From assembly GCA_000165425.1 (NCBI GenBank), contig CT867985.1, positions 124,001-188,000 on the forward strand: a stretch of DNA of 64,000 nucleotides, given 5' to 3'. This document shows positions 15,530 through 29,552 of the stretch, one piece after another. Below the pieces are notes generated by a model that did not search any database, had not been told where the DNA came from, and saw only the letters and a list, made by a program, of their open reading frames with translations. The first letter of the stretch is position 1. Each line of letters starts with the position of its first letter. Made by a program: the position numbers and the translations under genes. The DNA comes from Paramecium tetraurelia (lineage: Eukaryota).

Positions 15530-17000
15530 ATGAACAGAATTGATCCTTTATATAATTTTTTATAATAATCTTAATGAAATATTTGTTGATATTATTAACT
15601 ATTAGGATTAACAAAATGTAAATGATTTCATTTGATTTTGAATGACTTATGGTTTATTTCAAATAATAGAAAAATGATTAATTTACATTAAATAGTATCA
15701 AAGATAATTCAATGAAAAAAGGTGAGAATTCATATTTTTGATCCTAATGAGTTAGTTTATTTTTATTTACAACATTATTTATAGATTTTTAAAACATAAT
15801 TAATATTAGTAATTTTTTTCATACTAATTTTATATAACTGAGGAAAATGAGAGATCACACGAAAGTTGAATTTTAATGAAAGGATTTGCATGGCTGAATA
15901 ATATGGAGCATCATAACGCACGATTAATGCGACTTAAAAATATATTTAATAATTCAAAAGAGGCAGGTAATGCAATAAGTAGGTTAAATGAAGAAGAGAT
16001 CAAAGTTAGTAGGTGATAACATAAATATACTTTTGAAAGAAGTTAGATGAAGTGGAAATCTATAAAAAGTGAATTTCGAAGATCCGGATAATTCTGATGA
16101 AGAAGAAGATGTTTTAGATCTGGAAGAGTTGGAGGAATCAGGATGAAGAAAGGGAGAAGAAAGGGTGAAGCAAAACAAGTAAAAAGAAAAAATTAAAGTA
16201 ATTTTTTTAAATATAATAAATAGGATTAAGAATTATACAATGTTGACAAATTGTCAAATTCAGAAGCAATGTTGAATAAAAAATATAACATTCAAAATAG
16301 AGTTTATGATATTCTCATATGTACTGATGTAAAACTTATGGATTTTTAGGTAAATTTGATTTGTGATAATTTAAGAAATTGAGGGAAGATTAGTTGAAAA
16401 CTTTAAGATAATTATATGATGTATTAATGATGGATCCACCTAGGTAATTGTCAAGTTCATAACCATCAAGAGGAGTTGCAATTGCTTATTAATTCATGAC
16501 TGATGAAAATATTAGAAAAATGCCCATAGAAACATTGTAGGAAAATGGTATTATTTTAATATGGTAAAATTATTAAAATTATTAATAAGGAAGATTAATA
16601 CTAAATATAAGGTAACATGTAAATAAATTGAACAATGGGGTTATAATGTAATTGATGAAATAAAATGGTGTAAGAAGACTGTGAATTGGAAGATTGCTAA
16701 AGGCCATGGGTTTTACTTATAACATGCGAAAGAAAATTGGCATAAAAGTAACTGTCTTCATTATTTCTAAACTAGGGTAATCTAAATTTGATCCAAACAG
16801 ATTAAGATAAGATGTCACAAGTGATATCATATTTAATTAAAGAAGAGGTTAAAGTCAGAAACCAGAAGAAATATATTGATATTTTGAACAACTAGTTCCA
16901 AATAGTAATATAACATTATTTTAAAGGCTATTATTTGTAGATAATTGGGAGAAGAAATAATGTTAGAGAGAATAGGTAAATGATAGGAAATGAATTATGA
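15530..17000 (+). pseudogene. Decayed MT-A70 family methyltransferase, MTA1/AMT1-type (ApT DNA N6-adenine methyltransferase)
   Basis: DVLMMDPPRQLSSSQPSRGVAIAY, WGYNVIDEIKWCKKTVNWKIAKGHGFYLQHAKE, RRGQSQKPEEIY, GRRNNVR, IGNEL* closely match ciliate MTA1. Catalytic DPPW is DPPR (AGG 16442-16444), in-frame TGA at 16048 and 16144, apparent deletion/frameshift ~16735-16745. The 5' boundary is approximate. Confidence 0.85.
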
Positions 17001-17088
17001 TATTGTATCTATTTTTGAGCTATTTTATTTTGAAATTAAATCCATAGATACTTAGATACTCGAATTATTATTATATTATTGATAGAAT

Positions 17089-17675
17089 ATGGGCTGTATT
17101 TGTAAAACTTAAGCAAATTAATAAACAATCAAAACCAAACTTGTTATTGTGGGATTGGAATAGAGTGGAAAAACAGCCATATTCGAATATATTAAGCGAG
17201 GAAATTTCTTTGAAACTCAGCCAACAGAAGGTAAGGGTTTAGATTATATGATAAGGTTATAATGTTGATTTTAATAATAAGGATTATTTGATATTTGATT
17301 TAGCGGGTAGAACACCGAATTTATGGTAGCATTATTATTAAAATGCAGATGGAATTATATTTGTCATTGATTCTTCAAAAAAAGAAAACTTATAATAAGT
17401 TAAGGAGTAGCTTATGAAGTTAAATCAAGATATAGAATTATTGAATGTAAAACAAAAACTTTAAATAGATAGGAGTTCTGATTATGTTTACAAAATCAGA
17501 TTTATAGCTTATTGATTGTGAGGCTTTTTTGGAAGAATGCGAAGTCTTAAAAAACACAGAATAAGAAAAGGTTTGGTAGAGTTGCAGTTCTAAGACAGGA
17601 GAAGGAATTAATGAAGGAATCTAGAAGCTGATGCTGCTAATTAAAAAATGGAATATCAGACGACAGAAAATCTGA
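17089..17675 (+). CDS. Arf-like small GTPase (divergent ARL)
   Basis: MGCIC N-terminus, P-loop VGLEQSGKT, PTEGYNV, FDLAGR, LWQHYYQNADGIIFVIDSS, TKSD, CSSKTGEGINEG; two short introns. Confidence 0.9.
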
Positions 17676-18183
17676 ATATCCTTTGATTAATTCAATATAA
17701 TAAACATTAAACTATAAATGAAAATTTAAATAAATGAAGGATAATGAGTGGTATAGTAACATTTATACAAACTTTTATGTAAAGGTTAGTAAAATGGACA
17801 ATACGCTTTATGGTTAACATTCTTGTTTGGTAAGTCAACATTACATTGGTATTCCTAAAGTTACTAAGTTTATTTTTATTCTTTGACTTAAACTGAAAAA
17901 TCAGAATAATTGATCTTGGGGATTGGATTCATAGTCACCGCTAACACTAGATTGCTATATTTTAGTAATTAGGTTAGTATAATCTGATTCTTAACAATAC
18001 AGTTTGAATAAGTGGACTAATTTGATTCAGCCTTTTTTTTTTGCTTTCTTAGTATTTTTTGTACTCTTCATCCAAAAGAGAATGTGAAAAGTACATTTTT
18101 TCAGGAAAGCATGGATAAATATTGTAATAACTACTAAAATAATAAAATATTTAAAATATATCCACTTTAATATATGATCGATA

Positions 18184-19030
18184 TCAAATTTAACCTGCCT
18201 ATCTAATATTGGAAGTGCCTGTTCTTACTGTTGATCTTGTAACTGTTGTAGTTGCAGTGGCTGCCTAGGATATTTATTTATTTATACTCTTGCTTTTTCT
18301 TTCTTTAAGGCTTCCAATTCAATTTCGACATTCATTAACTTCTCTTAAGCTTCATTATAATCATGATTCACTTCTTAGAACTTTCTCTTCCACACTTCAA
18401 CTTCACTGTTGTTCTAAGTTACTCTTTCTGTTATGAGAGTACTCTCTTAAGCTTCCTATAATTCGAATTACAAATGACGATTCTCTTCTTCAAGTTCTTT
18501 TATCTAGTTAAAATCAACATATATTACTCTTGCATAATCTATTTCCTTTACTATTTTAATTTCCTTCTTTTTTTCCAACTCTTTAATTACTGATTGTAGA
18601 TAAAGGCATTCTTCTCTCCATGGCTACTCAATTTCTTCTCTTGATACTATAACAACAGAAACAACCATCTATTGTTTTGTACAGCATTAAAATTCATTAT
18701 TATTATCAACTTATGATTAGCTTATTCCGCTTCCAACATTATTAATTTGAAAACTCTGTCCAGGATTTATAACAGAACATGATCTGTAATTTGTATTTAA
18801 AACTCTGCTGGCATAAGAATTATATTTTTCTTTTTTATGCCAAAATTGATATGCCTCTGGTCTCTCAATTTTCTTAACTGCATAATCTTCCCTTAACAAT
18901 GTAGGCTCAGTAGTGTACGATGTATACTACTCATTAAAATCAATTATACTTATTTAATTGTCTCTGGTTGTTAGTTGATTATTTGTCTTTCAATAAAGGA
19001 TTCTTATTTTGTCGAAATAAATGTGCTCAT
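18184..19030 (-). CDS. Hypothetical coiled-coil protein
   Basis: MSTFISTKQESF...; EDYAVKKIERPEAYQFWHKK; VSREEIEQPWREECLYLQSVIKELEKKKE; heptad-rich C-half ending TVTRSTVRTGTSNIRQAGQI*; short GT..AG introns. Confidence 0.75.
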
Positions 19031-19788
19031 ATCTTCAAAAAGAAAAAAATTAATTCTCAATAAATTTTTATATTAATATGATAGTTTAATGAAATCTCCT
19101 TAATTCTCTTAATATTCATTTTATTTTCCTAGCTTAACATTGTGTTACGGTTTGACTATTTTTTAGCTTTATTTCTGTTTTTCATAATGTCTAGAAAAAT
19201 ATTTGTATCATAACATCTGAAACCGTTCTAATTACGCGATTTTCGATCACCAGAAAATGCACTTATATCTTTTAACAGAAAGTTGTTATATAAGCATAAT
19301 CTGAGTTGTAGCTTTATGATACATTCCTAGAGGAAATTAGTAGAATATTTATTAACCTTTCAATTTCTTTCTTTCAATAATTCTCTTAACTCTGGGTAAA
19401 ATCATTTAATTATAAATAAAATACTTAGAATTGTATGAATATTCTTAATATTAAAAAAATTTTATAATTGTGTAATCCAAGACAGTAAAAATATAAATAT
19501 TTATAAATGTATAAGTTTTTATCATTAAATATTAATAAAGAAAAAGGCAATTTTAAATTGTATCAATGTTATTTATATATAATCTATATTTTTTGATTTT
19601 TTAGGTGTATGCAAATTTTAATATTAATATTTATTTATTGAATGAGTTTCAGAATCTTTTTTTTTAATCATAATATTTCTATTACTTATTATCAATACAC
19701 ATATATTGTTAAAATTAATTTGGACATGATACAAATGTTTTTAGATTCTTATTTTTAAAACTACATATTTATATATTAATATAAAGAA

Positions 19789-22700
19789 TCAAAAATCATA
19801 AATATTGTTATCCAAAAATATTTGATCCAATTTATTATGCTAAATAAAAAAATAGACAAACTATTTTAATGGATTTAATCCTTATATTTTTATTAATGAA
19901 GTGATTTAGCTGTATATTACAATTCTTAGAAAAATGAATATTAGGTCCAAAAATGCATAGCTCAATATTATAGTTCCACCAATTAGGATTAACATATTGT
20001 AATTGAACTATTTGACGCAATTATTTCTAATCTAATATTAATTTTTACTTGATTTAGTACTAATATTGTAAAAAAAAGTAAGACATAATGTGGATTAAAA
20101 AAAACAGAATTATTATAAATGTCTTATACTTTCCTTTAAATCTATAAATTGCTTCAAATAACTTAAAGATTATTCTTAAAAATAGCAAAATTATGTAATT
20201 GACAATCATAATAGAAGTGAAAGTTTTTTCGATCATCAAAACAGTTTCAAAAAAAGATAATGGAATTAAAATACTTAAAAAAATAGAAAGTTTAAGGAAT
20301 CTGTAGCTTTTTGTTATAATTGGATCGTCGTAGTAAAATAGGCAAACTATTTCATGAATAAACTAATTATAAATTTTTATTCTTACTTTGATAGAGTTTT
20401 AAAAAATTCTTAAGATACTTTGAAAATCGTAAAATTTAATGATATTCTTTTTCTAAAGATTCTTGTTATAAAATGATTCAATAATTTTTGGAATCTCTAA
20501 TTTTTCTAGTTCATAGTACATGAATATTGAAAACACTATATAAATACTATGAAATAAGAGATAAGGCTAATTATTTAAATTACAATTGGAATCTTGGTCT
20601 TGCTATAAGGTTGTAATTTCAAGGATCTCTATTGTTCTTTAAGATGAATTTAATTATCTAGTAAAAAATATAATTCCCATGTAATAACATTAACAAGAAA
20701 TTTAAATTGATTGATTATTATTTTATTCTTATATTAATAAGGTACACAACGACAATGATCCATTATCGGTATACTAAACACATTAGAAATTGTACGCTGG
20801 TAAACTCGTTTCATTGCAGTAAAAGTATTCAGTCATATCAACAATATAACCAGTATTCAAGCGTTCATAATTTACATATTACTTTTTGTACAGATAGTTT
20901 TATAATTTTGTTTTTACTTAAGTTTCTTGGTCTATTTCTAATTAAGTTTAATTCAAAAATGCTTTTATCTCATATATCTGCGTTTTAGAGATATTTAAAT
21001 TATTGAAGTGAATTTTCAACTATTCTTTTTTGACGTAGACTATCATACTATCCATCAAATCCTTTTCTAGGCCTAGTTATTAATTAAAAACATCTTTGGT
21101 TACTTTAGATGTTTGATATTGTAATTATTAACCATTTAAAGTAAATGGGTAACCATTTACTTGTACTTTATCATTTGCAGGCAAAGCAATATCATCAATT
21201 AACTTAATTAATTTTTCTGTTAATCCAAATATTTCTGCTTTATCAGCCTCAGATTCGAAAGATGTCTGAGATATTTTCTTAAACTGATCATCGATAAAAA
21301 GTATCATGGCTTCTAAACAGTTAGAAATGGATTCTTTAGATTAAAATAAAAGTTCGTTCATAAAGATTTCATTTTATTAGATTTGATTTTCTAAACTTGT
21401 TTTTGTTTAGAGAATTTTATGAAAAAATTGTTTTAATTTTGCAAATTCTTTTGTATAAGCTATTGTGTCATCAGAGGAATTTTTTTAAGCAGTGGAATGG
21501 TTAATTAAAATTAGTTTTTTTTAAATATCATAGCAACCTTTTTAATCAGGTTGACTTAATGTTCTTCTTGTGGAATTAAAATTAGTTTAATCAATTATAA
21601 TTCTCTTATATAATTTTTAAGTTTGAAGAACCAATAATTATTCAAATAAGTCTTCTGAAACAAAATTACTCAAAGTATACTTTAACAATTAATCAGCCAA
21701 TCTAACACAATCAGATTATCCATAATGATTCTTCGCCACTTCTAAAAGTAGGATAATTTTTTCTTTAAAAGATAAATTACTAAGGACAAATTCGGAACAA
21801 TTAAATTTAAATTCAGTGATATTTTAATAGGATTCAATATTTGTAATTGATCCTCTTGAATCCATAATCTAGATTAAAACAACTCCTTCGCTTTTAGGCA
21901 AATACATTTCAAAAGCATTAGTTTATTAAAAGTTATTAAGAATCAAAGAATAATCTGATCGTTACGTTTAAAAATCCTTATAGTCTTAAATATTCATGAA
22001 AAATCTAAATTAATAAGTATATGGAGAATCTTCTTATAAATCACAATTTGCCACAATTTTTGATGTTTATAATGCTTAAAGGGTTTGCTAACCTAGTTTA
22101 ATTTAACAAATAGGAGGTTAATTCAAAGTTAATGATAAATCATATTAGCTAGGCATTATATCGTTTGTAAATTATGCTAGAAATTTTAAAGTAAATTAGT
22201 TTCCTTGATTGAAATATTAATAATGATCAAACAACCGAAAATGATATTAAAAATATTAAGGTTCAAGTATCTTTATTACTTCAAAGTTATAAATAATAAC
22301 AATTTAATATTCTAACACATAAAATCTGTCTTCAAAAGAAATATTAAAATCAAATTATAATGTTTCGTAGCTATTAATTGGTCTAATTGCATACCCTTTA
22401 CTATATGAAACATCAAGAATTTTAAAATCATTATCTAAAAACACTATATTATACTTAAAATAATATTAACGCCCTTATTTAAATGCTATAACATTCCAAC
22501 ACCATATACTATAAGGCTTGACAGATTGCTTTTGGATTACTTGAATAGAGTCAGTTTTATTTACTTAAAATATCATATTATTAGAATTTGTGCAAAAACT
22601 ATTCTTTGTTAAATCTGTGCAGCTAACTTCTATTTTTATCTCCGGATCTTCATTCCATTTATATTAAGTATCAAGATCTTTGCATTAAATATTTATAATA

Positions 22701-25700
22701 GACTCCTTTCTATAATTTTAAATTTTTTTTGTGCCAATAAACTAGCATAGTAGACCACCTTAAATTATTTCAATCGTTTAATTTTAAGTTGATGAAAAAC
22801 TAGTTGAAGTTTCTTGAGTATCCATTTTAAATGTATATGCAGTATTTGGTGATAATGTGTATTTCTCTATATTCACTTCAAAAAAATTATCACTTACTAT
22901 TTGAGAAACTTTTACTCTTGATGATCTAGAATTAGAACGATTTCTATGAATTTCAACTAATGATACTTAATATTATGATCTATCCTTCTAAATTTAAGTT
23001 TAATCTGAACAAAATTTTTTCAAAATTTTAAAATATAGCGAAATTATTTCAAAAGTATAATACTATTTCTTTCCTTACCAAAGAATGGTCGGCAATTGGC
23101 CAGAATGGGTTTAAATTTATATTTGTTAGAATCCTTTTTACTTGATAAAATTTTGAAATTCAACAAGAAAAGTTACTGAAGATTATTTTGGTAGAGTTTA
23201 AATTGGAATGTAGAGATCTAATTGTTAAAGATTAGTTTGTTGTAAAACAAAGTCTTCTAAATTAGCATTTCCACTTTACCCTATTAATAAATAAGACCAT
23301 TTTATGCTTATAATACTTCGAAGGCCATGTTGACTTTTTGATTTTATCAAAATAATGTTATCATCGCATGGATTTAAACTATATTGAGGTATATCATACT
23401 CAATTAAAGGTGGTAATAAATTAATAGGAAGATTTAAGTAATTAAAAATAAATTTACTTATTTTTGCTAAGCAATTTATATGTCCAATAGAATAATTAAT
23501 AAATATTATTTTATCTCCTGGGAGAATAGTAGCATTAGAACCTAATTTAATAATAATTTATTTCTCATTTTCTTAATCTAAGAAACAATCTGGATTATTT
23601 CCTAGCTATTTAATAGTTTCATCAGCTAAGAATTTATAGCAAATTTTCTCTTAAAACTATGATTAAAAATAATTTCTATTTAAAGAAAAATCAAATAAAA
23701 CTTTTATTGAAAGTAAATCATCTGAAAATCTAACATCTATGACGGCAACTTCGCATGCTATAAGTACTAGATATAATAATATACTTGAGCACCATGTGGT
23801 ATCAATGTGGCTTATTGAGTCCAAAGGGCAATCACAAATTTTTTCTTCTGATAATACCCTATTTCCATTGCATGTTAAACAACCCTCTAAATTACAAGTT
23901 TGACAATATTATTCACATTGAAGACAGTCCATGCTTTAATAATCATCATAAAACCCATCCTAGCATTTACAAACTGGAATATTAATACGATCTCCTCTAC
24001 ATAACAAACAATGAGATTAGTTTCCTATGCACGTCAAACACTAAAAATCGCATTCTAAAAATTTTATGAAACTTTCTTACAAATACAATTTGGTTATCCA
24101 GCTTCGAAATATGCCTCTTAACAATCACATGTTTTGTTTAATCTATTACCTTTGCAGGAAGTGCAATTTGATGGTATTTGCTCACAAGTACTACATTTAT
24201 TATCACATGCTAAACATTTTATTAAATAATTACTTTCACATGCCTATTATTCATTTTAAAAAAAGCCAGGTTTGCAATTACATGCAGGTACTCCCTCTCT
24301 CAAATTACTAAAGCATATTAGACAGTTATAAGATGACTAGACGCAAGTTTTACATTGATAACTACATTTCTAACATTAGAATTAAATTCCATCATCATAA
24401 TAACCATCTTTACAATTACAATTTAATGAAATAGTTAAACGATTAGAAGTATTAGAAACATAGCAGCTTATGCATTTATCGGCTTATGAAATACAACCGG
24501 AACACTTAAGATGACACTCTAAAATTAGACTAGTGATATATATATACTTTGACACACTTCATTTTCATCTTGGAAAAAATTGGTTTAACAAGGACATTTA
24601 TGAATGGCAGATTAATCAATTCTATTCATATTAAGATCACAACTTGTACAATAATCGCTCTTTCCATAGCAGGTTAAACAAGATTTTGAACACACTAAGA
24701 ACAATAATAGAGGGTATTACTTTCACAAATCAGTGATCCATTATCAAAGTATCCAGATTTACAGATACAAATATTACTATTTAATATTCTAACTTATTCA
24801 GTCTCATAACATGACAAACATTAGGTTGATATTGACTAGCAAGTTTTACATAAATCATTGCATTTTTGACACATTTCAATTCCAACATCAAAGTAACCAT
24901 CTAAACAGGGACATTTGTTAGAATTATTAAAAGATCTCAAATGTATAGATTCACATGTCAAGCATTTTGTTGATTAACTTACACATGTCTTGCACGTCAT
25001 ATCACATGCTGAAGTTTACAAAATAATATATTACGTTAGCACATTTTTTCAATGGTTTCATAAAACCCATCTTTGCATAGGCATTTAAAAGTATCTCGAT
25101 CATTATATCTCGTCATTGGCTCACATTCAATACATTATGATACACTTTAACATTCTTTACATGTTATATTACATGCTAATATTAATAAAGAAAAATGATA
25201 TACCTTCACATTGCTTAGTTGAAGTATTAAAATAATAACCAGAATCACAAATACATTTATTTTAATTACTTAATTATAAATGAAATGCAGGATCGCAAGA
25301 TAAACAATATTTAGAACTGCCTTAGCAAGTAAAGCAAGATAAATCACATTAAATGCATTAATTAGTTGAACTTTCAAAATATCCATCTTTACAAAGACAT
25401 TAATTTCCAACTTTCAATATTCTAAAATTCTCATCTGAACAAGTTAAACAATAATTAGCTTGATTGATGCAGGTCTTACAAGTCTGATTACATAACTAAC
25501 ATTATTTATCAATCCCTGTTTCATATGTGCCTTGTATGCATATGCACAAATTGTTTTATAATTGTTTCATTAAGCCACAAGACGTGCAATTAGTCCCAGT
25601 GTTTAAACATGTTTAACAAGAAATATCACAGTATTAACAAACTCCATTAATTTCAGTTGTGCCATTTTAGCATTGGCATTTGCAAGTTATTTTGTTTAAA

Positions 25701-28700
25701 ATTCGTAATTATGATTAATCACATTCAGTACAAGTAGTAGAATTAGTAATGCAATTTAAACAACTTTTATCACACTAATAGCATTTTTCTTGTCCAGATT
25801 CATAATAACTTTAATCACAATCACATTAATTTCCATTCAAATGTCTTGTAGTTGGACAGGATGTACAAAATGTAGAATAATTTTAACAAGTCACACATTA
25901 AACAGAACATTTCTTACAATTGCCTGATGATCCATCATCATAATACCCTATCAAACATTAGCAAGTCCCTCCATTATAAACTCTAAAAGAAATATTCTTA
26001 TCTATGCATGTCTTACATTAATTTGAATTTTAACCTTGGCAATTCAAACATGAGTAATGGCATTATTAACAAACCTCTATGCCATTATCAAAATAAGAAT
26101 CATTGCAAGAACAAGAGTTTACAATGCTATTGAAATATCTTTGAGCTGTTGTTGAACATGTCATACATTTTGCAGCTATTTGAGAACAAGTCAAACAAGA
26201 ATAATGGCATTCTATTGATCAATTTTATATCTACTTTAACAAATAATATTCATTCCATCATCGTAATAGCTTGATGGACATAAACATTAGGATTGTATTA
26301 ATACTCGTAAACTTTAAGGAGGACAAGAAAGGCATTAAGTATCTAATACTGCACAGGTTTGACATCTAAAATTACATTCTAATATGAACGGGAATTAGTA
26401 CGTGCACATTTAGCTATTCCTACATCAAAGTAATTGGGTTAGCAAGTACAAGTTGTACCTTACTAAATTCTCTTATCTTGGTCCCAGCATGAATCACATT
26501 CTGAAGAGGAACGTCCCTTGCAAACCAAACAAGAATAATGACAAACTATTTTTAATCTAGATGATTACCAGAACAAAATTATTGACTTAAATAAGTAGAT
26601 ATTTTCAAGCCTTAAAGTTTAGTTTTGCACAGGCAAGTGTTTCCATTTAAATATTTTTCTGGTTGACATGAGGTACAATTAGTTGAAGAAGTCTTACACT
26701 CATAACAAAGATTACTACAAGCTGAAAAACATTATAGTTTAATACCTTAACATTCTGGGAGTCCACTATCAAAATATTTCTGAGAGCACTAACACTCTCC
26801 TTAATTATTTAAAAATCTTCCGGTTGAGGAAATACAAGATGTACATTAATTTGATTAACCTCCACTACATGTCAAGCATGTATTATGACAAGCTAAAATA
26901 AATTTAGTCACTACCTATGCATATGGGATTTTCAGGTTAATCCAAGTATTTAGGAGGACACAAACAAGAATTATTAACTCCAAGATCTCGAAACGAGAAA
27001 TCTGGACAACTATCGCAATTATCTATTGACCCACTACATGAAGCACATCTATATGAGCATTCTATAAATCATTTATTTTGATACTTAAGCAAATTTAATC
27101 TCCAATTTATTTTTCTAAGTGTCCATCTTTGCAAACACATTAATTTGCTTTAACTATTCTATTGCTTTGATTTGAACAAGTTATACAATTATCTATTTGA
27201 GAACCAAAACAGGTATTGCATGCATAATAGCATTCTTAAGTTATCAATAGTATTACTTTAACATTGTAATTCACCTACATCGTAGTACCCAAAAGGACAT
27301 TCACATTTAGATATTATTAATTATCTGTAGTTTAAGTCACAAGTTAAACAATTAGTTTTTTCTATCCCATTACATGTTTTACAAGTAAAGTGACATTCCA
27401 AGCATTCTAATTAGGCTTGATCACTATAATAGTGAGAGTCCTTGCAAAAACATTTAAATGTTGCACCAACTCTATCAGGTGCTCTTGTTGAAGGACAGGC
27501 AGTACAAGAATCTTCTCCAGCAGTAAGACAATTTGTACATGAGTGAAAACAAGCCACTAAATATGATACTCATTTTTACAATAACAATATACTTCGTTTC
27601 TCCCAGTGTCATAATAGGCTGAACCGCATAAGCATTTATTATCTGAATTCAAATAGCGATTATTTTCGCTTGAACATTCTGTGCAATTATTAGATAATGG
27701 TCCATTGCATCGAAGACAAGAATAATGGCATTCTTAGAATTAATATTGAGATATACTAAAGCAAATGTCTTGAATTCCATCCTCTCCATATCCGTTTTTA
27801 CAAATACATTTCAAATCATCTGAAACAACTCTAATTTGTTCTGTTATACACATTGTACAATATTGATTTGATGTACTGTCAGCTGGATTTTGGCATTTTT
27901 CACATCTTGGATGACAAGCTAAATTTTTTCTAAAAGTATTCTTACGTTGACACAAAGTTGACCCATCACTTTGGTTAATTTCAATTGTTCTTAAGGCACA
28001 AATACATTTACCATTGAAAAACTATTTGTGATAAACATTTGGATCTCCACAATCAGTACAATCAGTATCAAATGGTCCTGAACAATTATAACATGAAGGA
28101 TAACATTCTAAAATAGAATATATTGTTCATTACATTTACAAATCTTATCCTCTAATCCTGTATCATAATATCCTTAAAGGCATGGACAAGTATTTCCAAT
28201 TAGTATTCTATTCCGAAGGGGATCACATGATGTACAATCTCCAAATTTTAAAGTACATGTTTAGCAATCTCCAATAGTACATAAAAGACATTTTCCATTT
28301 AATTCTGCGTATCCTCCAATTTAATCACAAACACATTAACCCGGAATAATTCTTGCACTCAGTTTGTATTAATAAAAACAGGTAGTACAATAATTTGGAT
28401 CTGTTACTAAACAAGTTTGGCATGGAGAATTGCATCCAGCAGTATTCTGAACACACTTTTTATCTGCAGTTAATTAGTGTGTTGCAAAACAGCTCTTACA
28501 TTCGTTCGCATTGTGACAAATAAAACATTTCTCCAATCCTGGTTCATTTTAACAAGCTAAAATTAAATTATATTTTAACAAGAGCATCTAGTTCCTTTTT
28601 TAAAATATCCAACATCGCATTGTTGGCAATTAATATCAACAGGTATTCCATCAGAATCATAAATATAATCGTATTTCATGCAATTTCTATCTTCAAAACA

Positions 28701-29552
28701 GAACGAACTTTTTAAAGTGTAAGGCCAAATACATTATGAACACTCTCCTGAAGAACAGACTTTACAATTCATTGGACATTCTAATTTTAATTATTTAATT
28801 CATACAAACACATTCTCCATTTAAAAATTCGTAACCATCAATACATCCACTAAATGAATAGACAGAATCAATTAATTAACAAGATTTATGGGTTGGCTAA
28901 CATGCTTTATATTAATTTGAAAAGTACCTAAAGTACATTTTAGATCATTGCTATCTAATGGAGATTAGCCAGCAATACAACTGGCGCATTATGTATTAGT
29001 TGCATCACATGTCTTGCAAAATTAACCACACCCTTTAGATTAAATCTACAATTTTACTTGGAGTTTATGGAGATGTAGCACAGTTCTAACCATAATTGAC
29101 ACCACTGCAATATATGCATTTATAAATTCCAGCATACTTTTATCCAATTAAACAACCATTATTATATAAATATGATATTGCTTCAGTTGTAAAAATTAAA
29201 TTTCCATTTGAATCATATGAGTATATCATTACATAAGGCCACCATCCTAGAAGCAGATGAGTATCGTAATTTCCATATAGGATATAACCTTTTATTTATG
29301 GATGACATAAGACTTCTTTATCATTTACGATAATCTGTCTTAGTTAAGTTGTCCCACTACAATCCCTTGGAGTGCCTTGAATTGCATAATTAAAATACCT
29401 GCACACATATGTGGATAAATGTCTGGCCAATATTAATGAGAACTTGGACAAGACTTTTGAAATATCTCCTTATTGAATTCATTTTTAAAAGATCTAAAGC
29501 ATACACATACTTAGAATAGTTCAATTATTATTAATCTGACAATGAAACCCAT
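19789..29552 (-). CDS. Giant surface receptor-like protein: signal peptide, roughly 30 furin-like Cys-rich repeats, REJ-like region, GPS-like Cys motif, multiple C-terminal TM helices
   Basis: Start MGFIVRLIIIELFQVCVCFRSF. Repeats of the form CHxSCxTC...CxSC...R....CxCxxGY(F/Y)D over ~23800-29100. REJ-like CKDLD..., LNRPPIC, LIQIMDSRGSIT. CVQY...C...SCQCYYMG at ~20670-20800. Hydrophobic helices at 19800-20600. Many tiny introns. Confidence 0.85.
23790..29100 (-). repeat. Intragenic array of degenerate Cys-rich (furin-like) protein repeats
   Basis: Recurring aca/gca (minus-strand TGT/TGC) spacing with ~45-55 aa units, e.g. CHYSCLTCSQIAAKCMTC, CDKSCLNCITNSTTCTEC. Confidence 0.85.

Noticed and set aside
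16040..16150. In-frame TGAs as selenocysteine or stop read-through in the MT-A70 gene
   Set aside because: They lie in a poorly conserved acidic region and co-occur with a catalytic mutation and a frameshift, so pseudogenisation is simpler.
17750..18100. Possible small minus-strand gene (MYFSHSLLDEEYKK...)
   Set aside because: I could not build a consistent spliced frame; it may be a remnant, but support is insufficient.
23785..24311. Plus-strand His/Asn-rich ORFs
   Set aside because: Antisense shadows of the Cys-repeat gene. The same applies to track ORFs opposite the ABCA, PheRS, UTP20, AP3D and K+ channel genes.
23790..29100. Periodic sequence considered as CRISPR or satellite array
   Set aside because: No identical nucleotide repeats; the periodicity is at protein (Cys codon) level in a eukaryotic gene.
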